From: Eledone cirrhosa
Lineage: Eukaryota
DNA length: 64,000 bases
Direction: 5' to 3'
NCBI GenBank assembly: GCA_964016885.1
Contig: OZ024759.1
Location: 4,774,001-4,838,000, forward strand
Every line of letters starts with the position of its first letter. Positions within the stretch are counted from its first letter, which is position 1. Below are positions 11,261 through 24,480 of this stretch, in pieces. The notes beneath the pieces were generated by a model. That model did not search any database. It worked only from the letters and a program-made list of their open reading frames with translations, and was not told where the DNA came from. The position numbers were made by a program, and so were the translations under genes.

Positions 11261-13885
11261 GTGGTTCGCGCACATCCAAGCGCAGTTCGCATAATAACAC
11301 ACGACCCACCTGTCGCTGCACGACCTAGAAGGCTACCACCAGACCGGCTGAAGTCCGTCAAACAAGAATTTCAGCACATGCTGGATCTCGGCATCATACG
11401 TCTGTCCTCACCCATACACTGTGTACCCAAGAAGTCGTCGAACGACTGGCGAATCTGTGGCGACTACCGTGCACTGAACAACTGCACCGTTCCTAACTCT
11501 TATCCAGTACCTCATCTACAGGACTTCTCTAGCTCGCTGCACGGGGCTCGCATATTTTCGAAGATCGATCTTGTCGAGCTTAACAATCAGATACCCGTTG
11601 AGCCCGCAGATATTCCAAAGACCGCAGTCACAACACCCTTTGGAATGTTCGAATTTCTGCGTATGCCTTTCGGTTTGCGAAATGCAGCGCAAACGTTCCA
11701 GCGATTCATCGATACAGTCACCAGGGGTCTACCTTTTGTATACGCATACATTGACGACTTACTGGTGGCCAGCAGCTCCGACGAAGGACATGAGAAACAC
11801 CTGGATCTCCTATTCACACGTTTGCGTGAATATGGAATTGTTATCAACCCCAGCAAATGTGAGTTCGGAGTTGCGTCCCTTCATTTTCTGGGACACATCA
11901 TTGACAAAGATGGTATTTGCCCACTTAAGGAGAAAGTCAAATCCATCATTGATTTTCCACAACCTATATCTCTCCGCAAACTGCGAGAATTTCTTGGCCT
12001 GGTAAACTTCTACAGAAGATTTATACCCCACTGTGCAGAGACAGCCCAACCACTCACAGATTTGCTGCGGCAGCGTACAACCAAAAACGCAAACATCAAG
12101 CTTCGCTGAGTTGAAGAAAATGTTGTCCGAGGCTACAATGCTGAGTTACCCCAAACCTGACGCCCCAATGTGTTTATTGACTGATGCATCCGATTTCGGA
12201 GTTGGAGGTGTGCTTCAACAACTCTCTGGCGATATTTGGCGACCTGTATCTTTTTTCTCTAAGCGATTAAAACCCGCCGAAACTAAGTACAGCACATTCA
12301 GTCGTGAATTATTGGCAGCATACCTTGCTGTCAAGCATTTTCGACACATGCTAGAAGGTCGTGTGTTCTCTATATACACCGACCACAAACCACTAGTGTA
12401 CGCGTTCAATGCCAAGCCTGACCGACACTCACCCAGGGAGGTCCGACATCTGGACTTCATTTCTCAGTACACTACTGATATTCGGTACATTAAGGGTGCC
12501 ACCAACTCAGCAGCTGATGCCCTATCGCGCATGGAGCTTAAGGCAATCCACACCACTGCCACTATCGACCTCCAGAAGATTGCAGCGGATCAACAGAATG
12601 ACGAGGAACTGCTGCAACTCCGGAAATCATCCTTGAAATTGAAGGAATGCCTGCTGCCCTCTTCTTCGGGTTATATTTGGTGTGACATCTCCACAGGCCG
12701 CGAGCGCCCATACGTGCCCCGGAAACATCGACGCGACGTTTTCTCGACACAGCATTCTCTGGCACATCCTGGCGTCTGCGCCACGCAGAAACTGATGGTT
12801 GCCCGCTTTGTGTGGCCCAACATCAACAAGGACACCCGCGAATGGGCTAGGAACTGCATCGCGTGCCAGAAGGCGAAAATTCACCGGCACATCAAAACCC
12901 CGATCGCTTCTTTCGCAACACCTGATGCACGGTTCCAACATGTGCATATAGACATAGTTGGACCTTTGCCTCCTTCTCAAAACTACACTCATCTTCTCAC
13001 CTGTGTCGACCGATTTTCTCGCTGGCCAGAAGCTTTTCCCCTGACGGATATTACTGCGGAAACTGTTGCCAAAACGTTAGTGTTTCACTGGGTTTCGCGT
13101 TTCGGCACACCCGTGACCATCACTACGGATAGAGGACGTCAGTTCGATTCGAACCTATTTACCGAGCTGCCTCGTCTCCTCGGGTGCAAACACATCCATA
13201 CAACAGCGTATCACCCTGCCGCTAACGGCATGGTAGAACGCTTACACCGCCAGCTAAAATCATCTATCAAGGCTTACGAAGACTCCACTAACTAGTTCGA
13301 ATACCTCCCACTCATTCTTCTTGGTATTTGTTCCACTGTTAAAGAGGGAGTCGGACATTCTCCGGCTGAAATCGTGTATGGCACCGTACTCACTCTACCC
13401 GGACAAATGATCACTCCTGTTTCGCCACAAGAACTTCCAGACCCTACAAAATATGTGCACCGTTTACGGTCATCAATGTCGCATCTGTCTCCTTCAGCCC
13501 CTAAACAACAGCACGTTACTTCACACATACCAAAAGACATCGATACATGTTTTCGTTAGAAATGACGGTATTCCATCGCAACTTCGTCCACCGTATTCCG
13601 TCCGGGCCCTACAAGGTGATACAGAAATGCCCTAAGTATTTCGTCCTCGACTTGAACGGGAAGCGAAATACCGTCTCCATTGATCGTTTAAAAAAAGCGT
13701 TCATAGAACAGGAATTGCCACCAGTACCCACCGTTTCTCCAGACTCACCAACAACTTTGCCCGACACAAACACGGCAAATATTGCACACCAAATCCGGAA
13801 GAACAGTCCGATGGCCCACGCCATGGGATACGTACAAGTTTATCGGGTAAGTACAAATTATGCATCTGGTCGACATTTCGGCTAA
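11261..13885 (+). pseudogene. Gypsy pol remnant (RT-RNaseH-IN)
   Basis: ORFs 11261-12109, 12033-13295, 13374-13559 and 13547-13885 are separated by frameshifts or stops. Confidence 0.9.
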
Positions 13886-15020
13886 TTTGTACATTTCAAC
13901 GAATCGGCCAATTTCTGTGGTCATGAACTACACACAAATCAATTAACTCTGTGCATCACCCACATCAAAAGAACAGACAAAAGAACATTTTTCTGTTTCT
14001 ATGAAATGAACAAACTTTTAATCAACAAACTTTTCGTACGAACATTTTCAATATTATGTAACATCACAGTACATTTTCCTGAATGTAAATTTCTTTTGCT
14101 TTGCATGTTTTCTTCCATGTCTCCTGTTTGTAAATGACTTTCATGTGTTTTTTTATTTTTACTGATTTTCTTCAACAACACACCTAGTCATACCTATCTT
14201 CATTTCACATGCACCTAGATCGTTCAATCTTAACTTGTTTACGCTCAAGAGACTAACCCCTTGGGAGAGGCTAAACGCAGGTCAGAGGTGTTTACGCCTG
14301 ACAGAAAATAGGTCAGAGGATATATCCATCTTTATGACTTGTTTACGCTTGGCAAACTAATCCTTGGGAGACTAACCAAAGTTTAGAGGATATATCTATC
14401 CTTCTAAATTCTACTCTTATAAAGACAGGGATTGTTTACGCCAAAAACAGAAAACAAGTGGGATACAGACAAGACAAGACGTTTTACAAGCTCTCGTCAC
14501 GAAAAACCAGTCTATCACTTATTCTCACCTTCCTGGCTGATCGCTGACTCCTGCAATACAAATAAGTAAATATACTGATACGCCGCACACACGCATTCAT
14601 AGTGAGTCCAGCATTTGTACACGTATCATTCATTTCTGTTTACACGTATTATAATCGTATTCTGTGATATTTGAATTTACGTGGCTCGAAGAGCCACCAA
14701 ATTATTGTATGAATATTTTGTGTCAATTATTTTATCATTCAATATTCAAATTGAATATTGTTGTAATAAAATAAACTTTGTAACAACACTCCTGGTATTT
14801 TTCTTTACACCGAAACCACCATACCAACAGTTACATCCATCCATCCACTTGTCGTTACAACCACACATAATATTCCGTTACACCTCCGTCTATATTTCAA
14901 CCACTGGAACAACCTCACACAAGAAACAGTTGTCGCACCCTCAGTCAACATTTTAATGTCAAACATCGAAATAAATGTTATGAGTGTATATAGATAGATG
15001 TATATTGTGTGTGTATATAT

Positions 15021-15380
15021 ACAGTAATCCCCCGCTATATTGCGGTTCACTTTTCGCGGTCCCGTTACATCGCGGATATTTCTTTGGAACGTATCTAATT
15101 TCCTATCGCGGTAATCCTCGCCACATCGCGGATTATTCGTTAGAACATATCTATTTTCTTATCGCGGTACGTCTGAGTAAAAAGTGTTTAAAATTTAAAC
15201 TTATTAAATAAGTTTCGATGTTATTAAAGAGTATATCGTAAGGAAGGGACATCTTAAGGCTTTAATTATGAACAAATTTTTATATTTTCATTCCATTATT
15301 GTTTTACTGATTGTGTTTTGCTCTAATCTACTACAAACCCTTCATAGATTGGTCTCTCTGTAACATGGTTGTTTCTGGAA
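15021..15380. mobile_element. pogo/Tigger-like DNA transposon end fragment
   Basis: TA|CAGTAATCCCCCGCTATATTGCGGTTCACTTTTCGCGG is a TIR-like start with repeated ATCGCGG motifs. Confidence 0.55.
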
Positions 15381-15619
15381 CGTATCATGGCTTAGTGGTT
15401 AAAGCATTGGGCTTGCAATCTAAAGGTTGTGAGTTCGATTCTCGGACAGGGTGTTGTGTTGTGTCCTTGAGCAAGACACTTTATTTCACGTTACTCCAGT
15501 TTACTCAGCTGTAGAAATGAGTTGTGATGTCACTGGTGCCAAGCTATATCAGTCATAACCTTTCTCTTGGACATATATATAGTGTATATATACTGTACAC
15601 AGTGTATATATATCTATAT

Positions 15620-17330
15620 CATCATCACTGTTTTACGTCCCTTCTTCCATGGTAGTATGGGTTAGACAGGTTGTCCTGTTGTGGGCAGTGCCAGATAGGG
15701 TGACCTTGTCTTGCTCAGATGGGAACCGATTTAGGCTTGATTTCCACAGCTGGATGCCCTTCCTAACACCAACCTCACAGTGAGTGATGGGTGTTTTTTT
15801 GTTGTGACACCTCCACGGCCACTTTACAGTGGGAGGGGGTGGGGCATATTGTCTATGTGCTTCAGCTTGTACCCAGGGGCTACAACACAACCTCCTCTGC
15901 TGCACACAGCATTTGATTCCTCTTATGTTCAGTCTCTCTCTCAATTTGTTAATGCTTTACCGTTCGCGTATATTACTATTACACGTCCATCGGAGCATGC
16001 AAGCTTCGTTTCTTTCTAATCTACGCAAGTCTTCTACAGACAGTGCCCAGGTCTCACTACCATGTAGCATTGCTGTTCGTATGCACGTATCATACTGTCT
16101 GCCTTTCATTTTGAGGGAAAAGCCTTTTGCAGCTAGCAGTGGCAGTAGCTCCCTAAACTTCTTCAATCCTGTTACTGTACTTTCAGAACACCCACCTCCG
16201 CTGCTCCTTTCGCCACCTAGGTAGCAAAAGCTGTCTACTGTTTCTACAGATCTCTCCCAGAGTTTGGTGGTGCTTGTTTCTTTAGTTCTGCCATAGATTC
16301 AGCTATAAGTGTAAGATCATCCGCATATAGGAGTTCCTATGGGCATCAGGTCTTAAACTCCTCTGTTATAGCCTGCAATACTATTATAAACAGAAGAAGG
16401 TTAAGAACAGAGCCCTGGTGGACACCGACCTGTATGCTAGATTCCTCGCTATAGTAATTGTTAACTCTAACTTTGCTGACTGCTCCCCTATACATGGCTT
16501 GTACAGCTTTCACAAGCCACTAATCTACTCTTAGTTTTCTAAGAGCCCACCAGATTATAGCACGGAGCACTCTGTTGAAGAATTTTTCCATATCGACAAG
16601 AGCCAGGTAGAGCGGCTTGCTTTTAGCTAGGTACTTTACCTGTAACTGCCTCACAAGGAAGAGAGCATCAGTGGTGCTTTTTCCTGGCACAAGCCCAAAC
16701 TGCATCTCACCTAGTTTTACCCACTCCCTGATCAACTGTGCTATGACTCTTTCGATTACTTTCATGACCTGGTCCATCAGCTTTATATCTCTATAGTTTA
16801 TTCTATCTAGTGCATCTACTTTACCCTTGTAGCAGTTGACGATGATGCTGCTGCACCAATCCTTTGGTATGACACCCTCTAGTATTACCTGGTTAACAAT
16901 ATGTGTGGTTATTACTTTATCTACCCATTTGTCAGCTAATAGTATACCTACACCACCCATCCCATTGTCATTTCCCACCCAGAAAAATTTATAGCACTAA
17001 CTTTTGCCTACAAGGACTCTAGCGAACTCTCCTCTCCACCTAGTCTCTTGCACACAGCATACGTCAATATCCTTTCACTCTAGCATGTCTATAATTTCTC
17101 CTTCCCTTCCTTTCATTGTGCTTATGTTGATGCTGCCAACTCAGAGTTTTGAACATTTGCCATCATTTGTGGGAAAAGGTGAATTTTTGCAGGGGAGTGT
17201 GTATGCTTCCTGTCTCTGAATTAAAGCTTTGCATGGGTGCTTGGTAACTCGCAGATTCATATTCATTTATTTATTCGGGGTTGTTCCATTTATCCTTCGC
17301 TCCTCCATACATAACGGTGAACAAGAATTC
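15620..17330 (-). mobile_element. RTE LINE copy with large internal deletions
   Basis: The APE start (GVGILLADKWVDKV) is fused to the pre-RT region (ITTHIVNQVIL). RT pieces, C-terminus and 3'UTR are present; the PHD segment is deleted. Confidence 0.88.
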
Positions 17331-17340
17331 TTTGGTGCAG

Positions 17341-17785
17341 GGCTAGAAGGACAGTAGTAGTAATGGCAGAGTTTGTTGGGGCTGGTAAGGGCTAGAAGGA
17401 CAGTAGTAGTAATGGCAGTGTTTGTTGGGGCTGGTAAGGGCTAGAAGGACAGTAGTAGTAATGACAGAGTTTGTTGGGGCTGGTAAGGGCTAGAAGGACA
17501 GTAGTAGTAATGACAGAGTTTGTTGGGGCTGGAAAGGGCTAGAAGGACAGTAGTAGTAATGGCAGAGTTTGTTGGGGCTGGTAACGGCTAGAAGCACAGT
17601 AGTAGTAATGACAGAGTTTGTTGGGGGCTGGTAACGGCTAGAAGGACAGTAGTAGTAATGGCAGAGTTTGTTGGGGCTGGTAACGGCTAGAAGGACAGTA
17701 GTAGTAATGGCAGAGTTTGTTGGGGCTGGTAACGGCTAGAAGGACAGTAGTAGTAATGGCAGAGTTTGTTGGGGCTGGTAATGGG
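17341..17785. repeat. 49-bp minisatellite, ~9 copies
   Basis: Unit GGCTAGAAGGACAGTAGTAGTAATGGCAGAGTTTGTTGGGGCTGGTAA(G/C). Confidence 0.95.
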
Positions 17786-18680
17786 TAAGGACATGTTGCT
17801 GTGGTTTGATTGGTCAAATAGCCAATGGTAGTGAGTGGGAAATTGTGAGATAGGTAGCCATCATGACATATATCATCACAGGAGATTCGGGGGAAATAAG
17901 CAGATATAAGTAGGCTTATTAGACAAGGCAAGTATGCAAGAATTTCGAAGATTGTCACCTAGCTTTGAGAGAAAGGAGAGGTAATTGCAGGGGTTAGGGA
18001 TGAGTTTGTAGAGAAAGACACAATGTCCAACATAGTTTATATCAAAAACAAGGTCGAAGTATATACATTGTGGAAACAAGTCAATGATAATAATAATAAT
18101 AATGTAAACAGAACATTTTGAAATTGGGGAAGAGAGATAGCTGTAGAATAGAAATAATCTATGAAAGTCTGGGATATAAGTTATATATATATGTTGTGAT
18201 GTCACTTGTGCCAAGCTGTATCAGCCATTGCCTTTCCCTTGGACAACATATATAGCGTATAATATATATTGTACACATCGTATATATACTATATATATTG
18301 TGTATATATACTGTAGACAGTGTATATATGATATATATATAGTATATATATATGTAGTGATGTAACTGGTACCAAGCTGTATCAGCCATTACCTTTCCCT
18401 TGGACAACATCGGTGGCGTGGAGAGGGTAGACTGGTATACTTGGGTGACTGCTGGTCTTCCTCAAACAACTGGACTTGTGCCTCAGAAGGGAACTTTCTA
18501 GTTGCAAATCACATGGTCATTCTTGACCGACAGAGGTCTTCGATATGTTAGGTGTGTATATATAGATGTGTATTGATGTCCATGTGGGAGTCATTGATAC
18601 CAATGCTAGGGATGGCTGGTCTTCTATATTACTGTATAACACCAAAGATCTCGATCCTGTGTCATTGTCTTAGAGAAGTG

Positions 18681-20270
18681 CAATTGTGTGAGGTCAGCTG
18701 TTATCACCTCATCCCAGGTCTTCCTACTTCATATCTTCCATCAATTGTGTGAGGTCAGCTTTTATCACCTCATCCCAGGTCTTCCTACTCCATAGCTTCC
18801 ATCAATTGTGTCAGGTCAGCTATTATCACCTCATCCTAGGTCTTCCTACTTCATAGCTTCCATCAATTGTGTGAGGTCAGCTTTTATCACCTCATCCCAG
18901 GTCTTCCTACTTCATAGCTTCCATCAATTGTGTCAGGTCAGCTGTTATCAACCCATCCCAGGTCTTCCTTCTCTATAGCTTCCATCAATTGTGTCAGGTC
19001 AGCTTTTATCACCTCATCCCAGGTCTTCCTACTTCATAGCTTCCATCAATTGTGTCAGGTCAGCTTTTATCACCTCATCCCAGGTCTTCCTACTTCATAG
19101 CTTCCATCAATTGTGTCAGGTCAGCTATTATCACCTCATCCCAGGTCTTCCTACTTCATAGCTTCCATCAATTGTGTCAGGTCAGCTTTTATCACCTCAT
19201 CCCAGGTCTTCCTACTTCATAGCTTCCATCAATTGTGTCAGGTCAGCTTTTATCACCTCATCCCAGGTCTTCCTACTTCATAGCTTCCATCAATTGTGTC
19301 AGGTCAGCTTTTATCACCTCATCCCACGTCTTCCTACTTCATAGCTTCCATCAATTGTGTCAGGTCAGCTTTTATCACCTCATCCCAGGTCTTCCTACTT
19401 CATAGCTTCCATCAATTGTGTCAGGTCAGCTATTATCACCTCATCCCAGGTCTTCCTACTTCGTAGCTTCCATCAATTGTGTCAGGTCAGCTTTTATCAC
19501 CTCATCCCAGGTCTTCCTACTTCATAGCTTCCATCAATTGTGTAAGGTCAGCTTTTATCACCTCATCCCAGGTCTTCCTACTTCATAGCTTCCATCAATT
19601 GTGTCAGGTCAGCTTTTATCACCTCATCCCAGGTCTTCCTACTCTATAGCTTCCATCAATTGTATAAAGTCAGCTTTTATCACCTCATCCCAGGTCTTCC
19701 TACTTCATAGCTTCCATCAATTGTGTGAAGTCAGCTTTTATCACCTCAGACTAGGTCTTCGTACTCTATAGCTTCCATTAATTGTGTCAGGTCAGCTTTT
19801 ATCACCTCAAACTAGGTCTTCCTACTCCATAGCTTCCATCAATTGTGTGAGGTCAGCTTTTATCACCTCAAACCAGGTCTTTTTACTCCATAGGTTCCAT
19901 CAATTGTGTAAGGTCAGCTTTTATCACCTCATCCCAAGTCTTCCTACTTCATTGCTTCCATCAATTGTGTCAGGTCAGCTTTTATCACCTCATCCCAGGT
20001 CTTCCTACTTCATAGCTTCCATCAATTGTGTCAGGTCAGCTATTATCACCTCATCCCAGGTCTTCCTACTTCATAGCTTCCATCAATTGTGTCAGGTCAG
20101 CTATTATCACCTCATCCCAGGTCTTCCTACTTCATAGCTTCCATCAATTGTGTCAGGTCAGCTATTATCACCTCATCCCAGGTCTTCCTACTTCATAGCT
20201 TCCATCAATTGTGTCAGGTCAGCTACTATCACCTCATCCCAGGTCTTCCTACTTCATAGCTTCCATCAAT
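18681..20270. repeat. 61-bp satellite (~26 copies) derived from the RTE ORF C-terminus
   Basis: Unit CAATTGTGTCAGGTCAGCTTTTATCACCTCATCCCAGGTCTTCCTACTTCATAGCTTCCAT. Its reverse strand encodes RKTWDEVIKADLTQL. Confidence 0.93.
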
Positions 20271-20372
20271 TTTATAAAATGCTTGAAAACAACTTAGAAA
20301 AAATGTTACTCAAAATCAAAATTTAATCCCAAAGAGAGGAAATTGGAACATTATCCACTGAAAGTTGCTTAA

Positions 20373-20841
20373 CCCTTTAGTGTCCAAACCAGCCAAAACT
20401 GGCCAGAATTCTCTACCTCTTTCTGTTGAAACTGGCTGTAACTGGTCGCTCAGACTGATGTTAAGGTATTGTTCTCAAAATAAATACTTTCAAAATCTGA
20501 TAGATTCAATATTATGTGAGATAAAGCCTTTACCATGAAAATATAATAGTATATATAAAATAATGTGAATGCTAAAGGGTTAACCCTTTAACATTTAAAC
20601 CGGCAATAACTGGCCAGAGTTCTGTCCTCTTTTTCTTTTTAAACCACTCGTAACTGGCCACTCATACTGATGTTAAAGTATTGTTCTCAATATAAATAAT
20701 ATCAGATTCGATATTATGTGAGGTAAAGACTTTACCATGGAAATATAATAGTATATATAGAGTAATGTAAATGTTATGTGAGATAAAGACATTACCATGG
20801 AAATATAATAGTATATATAGAATAATGTAAATGTTAAAGGC
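20373..20841. mobile_element. Two tandem piggyBac-type MITEs sharing a TTAA
   Basis: TTAA|CCCTTTAG...CTAAAGGG|TTAA|CCCTTTAA...TTAAAGGC|TTAA. Confidence 0.82.
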
Positions 20842-21632
20842 TTAAACCCTGAAGAAAGGACTTTTAGGTCCCGAAATATTGGACAGATAAAAGAACAACA
20901 ACAAAAAAACAAAACAAAGATTACCAGGTAACTTTTACTTTTCCTTACCTCATCTTATTGTCCATTTTGCATTGTTTAGCCTTCTATCTCTTTCAACGTT
21001 ATATTTTATATAGAATGCTTCAAACAAACTACAACATTTAATTATATATCATCATCATCATCTTCAATTAACGTCCATCTTCCACACTAGCATGTGTTAG
21101 ACGGGTCCCATTTAGAGGCAAGTGTGGGCTGGATGCTTTTTTGCTGTCTTCTACACGTTCAGTGTGGGTGAGATATATATATATGTGTATGTATATATCA
21201 TCACCATTTAGCGTCCATTTTTCCATTCTTGCATGGGTTAGACGGGTCATTCACACCAGGAGGCAAGTCTGGCCAGGGTTGGCCATGTGTCGCACCTTGC
21301 TCAGGTGAGGTCTGTAAATTTGGTGGGGTATTTTACAGCTGGATTCCCTTCCTAACATCAACCATGTTTACAGTGTGGAACTGGATGGCTCTGTTATGAG
21401 GAGGGACAGGCCAGTTGGCTGCACTGAACTCATCTCACAGTGGAACTATAATTTTGGGGGGCCTGGTACTGGGTGGCACCATTGAGGAGGGGGTAGCCAG
21501 TCAGCTGCTCCAAACTCATCTCACGAGGTTACCACAGTTTTGGGGCCCTGTACTAGGGGCTATAGTGATGGTGTAGCTAGTTTATATGAATAAGTAAATC
21601 TGACGCAGGTATATTTCTACAGTTTACCAATG

Positions 21633-21770
21633 TACCGTACTTACTGGCGCCAATGACGACCAATTTTTGAAAAAAAATAATAATCAACCTTCGGCCTCCA
21701 GGACATATGGTAGATATTTTGGACTTATATTAGGGAAAAAGTAATGTCTTTGATGCTAGGAAATATGGTG
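21633..21770. mobile_element. Small pogo/Tc1-like MITE inside a local duplication
   Basis: Degenerate TACCGTA...AAATATGGT ends. The flanks match the uninterrupted copy at ~21985-22080. Confidence 0.5.
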
Positions 21771-22434
21771 AAAATTTAAAATTTCCACTGTTAAATCTAT
21801 CCCTGCATTTTAAGTATTCTCTATTATCTCATACTGTTACTTTCTTATAAGTCCTATAAGAATGCAATTTTTGCTAAACTGCCATAGAGCAGACCTCTGA
21901 AGTGATAGAAGGATATAATTTATAGAGCATGCTGGAATACCACTGCTTACATTGGAGAGAATTTCTCTGGACAGAATGTTGATATCTACAGTTTACCAAT
22001 ATAGAAATATAACATTTCCACTGTTAAATCTATCTCTGCTTCTAAAGTATTCTCTATTATCTCATACTGTTTCTTTCTTATTTCAGAATATCAGATGACA
22101 TTGGGATAAATTATTATTTTCAATCTTGGATACATCATCTCTATTTATCATCATTTGAAGACTAAAACCTTCTAAACAGAACTTATATAACACTGTTTAT
22201 ATAAATCTATAGTTCAATTACTGTGAAATATTTCCTCAAAACTGAGTTTATTTTCTTCACTATAAGATGGTTTTGTATTTTAACTAAACTTGGATGAAAC
22301 AGAAGTTTGTATTATCTTCAGATATTAACTGAAATCACAGTTGAGGGAAATATAGAAGAATATTTTATAAGAAATATAATATAAAAAATATTACAAGAAA
22401 AACATCTGTATATTCTGTTGAAGAAGAAATCATT

Positions 22435-23150
22435 ATGCCAAATAAATTGACAAAGAAGATTAAATGTGTAACACAATCTAAAGTGTTTAGTATTGCTGGT
22501 GAGATGACAAAGGTTAGAGAAGAGAAGCCATATCACTGTGATATCTGTGATAAATCATTCTCTCAAAGTGGTACCTTAACTACTCACAAACGTATACATA
22601 CAGGAGACAAGCCATATCACTGTGATATCTGTGGTATATCATTCTCTGGGAAAAGTAGCCTAACTACTCACAAATGTATACATGCAGAAGAGAAATCATA
22701 ATGCATTGACATCAGTGATAAATCCTTCTCTCAAATTTGTGAATTAATGAGAATACAAATACATATCATTGTAACATCTTAGGGAAATCCTTCTCTTTGA
22801 ATGTTACATTAACTATACACACACATATACATACAGCTGGGAAGCCATATCACTTTGATATATTTGGTACATCATTCTCTAAATGTTGTGGCTTCACTAG
22901 ACACCAACATCTACAGGAGAGGAACCATATCACTGTGATGTCTGTGATAAATCCTTCTCTAAATGTTGTGGTTTCACTAGACACCAACATATACATACAG
23001 GAGAGGAACCATATCACTGTGATGTCTGTGATAAATCCTTCTCTAAATGTTGTGGTTTAATTAGACACTAACATATACAGGAGAGGAACTATATCACTGT
23101 GATGTCTGTGGTACATCTTTCTCTTATAAAGATTACTTAATGCAACACAA
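22435..23150 (+). pseudogene. C2H2 zinc-finger gene, truncated and decayed
   Basis: [42 protein letters not shown]...HKCIH, then a stop and about 5 frameshifted finger remnants. A TTTCTTATTTCAG acceptor lies upstream at 22086. Confidence 0.85.
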
Positions 23151-23259
23151 TTAGATAAAAACCATGTCACTCACCTAAAATAGTGCCATCAATGTTGTTA
23201 ATATTTTGAATAAACCTGTTTTACTAAGAAATTCTCCTTTCATTTTATGTCTGTATAAA

Positions 23260-24480
23260 CACAGTCTTCTCTCTTACACACCACTTCAGCTCACTCTTAA
23301 ACCCAGCTTCTTCTTCAACTTGTCCAAGCTCTCCCTTTCTCTCACACTTACACAACATATCCTACAAAGCATGGTTGTTTCATATCTCTCCAGTCTACAT
23401 AACCTCTGCAGTCACAGCCCTTATTTCGTTACCATGCATCATTGCATATCACCCACATGTGTCATACAGTTGTCCTTTTGTACAGAGAGAGAGAAACTTT
23501 TTGTGGTCAACTGTTGCAGTAGCTCTCTAAACTTTTTCCATCCTATCCTTATTCTAGCTATACAACTTTCAGAGCAGCCCCCTCCACTTCTAATTAACTC
23601 ACCTAGATTGCAAAATATATTTGTCAGCATACTTTATGAAGGGTCTGTTTGGAAGTGCCTCGCCTAATAAACAATGGTGCCATAACTGGACTCAGAAACC
23701 AATGGTCACACATACATGGTAAGTTAGCTAAGAACGTAGGTTTTACATTGGTTCACTGCGCTGGAGAAGTAAGCAGCAATCACGTTTAGGAGACAAGCTC
23801 TATCAAATATTTAAAGGGTTCCATAGAAGCAGTTGACAGTTTCTGTTACCTGGGGTATCAAATAAGCAGTGGAGGTAGGTGTTCTGAAAGTACAGTAACA
23901 AGAGTAAGAACAAGATGGCAGAGGTTTAGGGTGTTACTACTGCTGCTAGCTACAAAAGGTTGTTTCACCAAATTGATGTGTGCATATAAACAGCAATGCT
24001 GCATTGCAGTGAGGACCCCAGAAGATTGGATAGAAATGAAGCTTGAATTCTCCGATGGATGTGTAATATTAATATACATGAAGGGGAAAGTGTTAATAAC
24101 CTGAGAGAGAACCTGGGCATGAGAGGGAAAAGATACAGTATGCAGGAGAGGAGATTGCTGTGGTATGGACATGTGATGTGTATGAAGGTAGAGATGCTGT
24201 ATAAAAGGTTGACCACTTGAAATTGATGGAAGAGGAAGACCTAGGAATGCTTGGGATGTGGAGGTAAAAACTGACCTGACACCATTGTACCTCTCAAAGG
24301 TGATGACACAGGATTGAAATCTCTGGCGTTATACAGTACTGCAGGAGACCTGCATTCCCATGTGCACGGGTTGACACAACATTTAGTGGTTTGAAGTATG
24401 CTCCAATTTTCCTCCCCTTCACATCTTAACACTCCACCCCCTTACCAGCTAAGTACACCACCCTGACCTACCTCTCCAAT
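23260..24480. mobile_element. Two old RTE 3' fragments in opposite orientation
   Basis: GGCSES..RIRIGWKKFRELL on the minus strand (23260-23660) and a homologous, more decayed plus-strand piece (~23780-24480). Confidence 0.75.

Larger units (their letters stand above)
10775..14882 (+). mobile_element. Ty3/Gypsy LTR retrotransposon, internally deleted and frameshifted
   Basis: LTR-like direct repeats ~10775-11110 and ~14236-14882 both end TTCCGTTACA. PBS TGGTGACCCCG at 11113. RT (YIDD), RNase H (TDASD), integrase (HPGV..CIAC, IDIVGP, TDRG, ERLH). Confidence 0.93.

Noticed and set aside
18681-20270. CRISPR-like regular array
   Set aside because: The units are head-to-tail near-identical with no unique spacers, the context is eukaryotic, and no cas genes are present. 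The same applies to the other arrays.
20845-20890. Hammerhead-like CTGAAGA..GGAC/GTCC..CGAAA
   Set aside because: The core and stem II are plausible, but no stem I partner or stem III/UH site could be formed.
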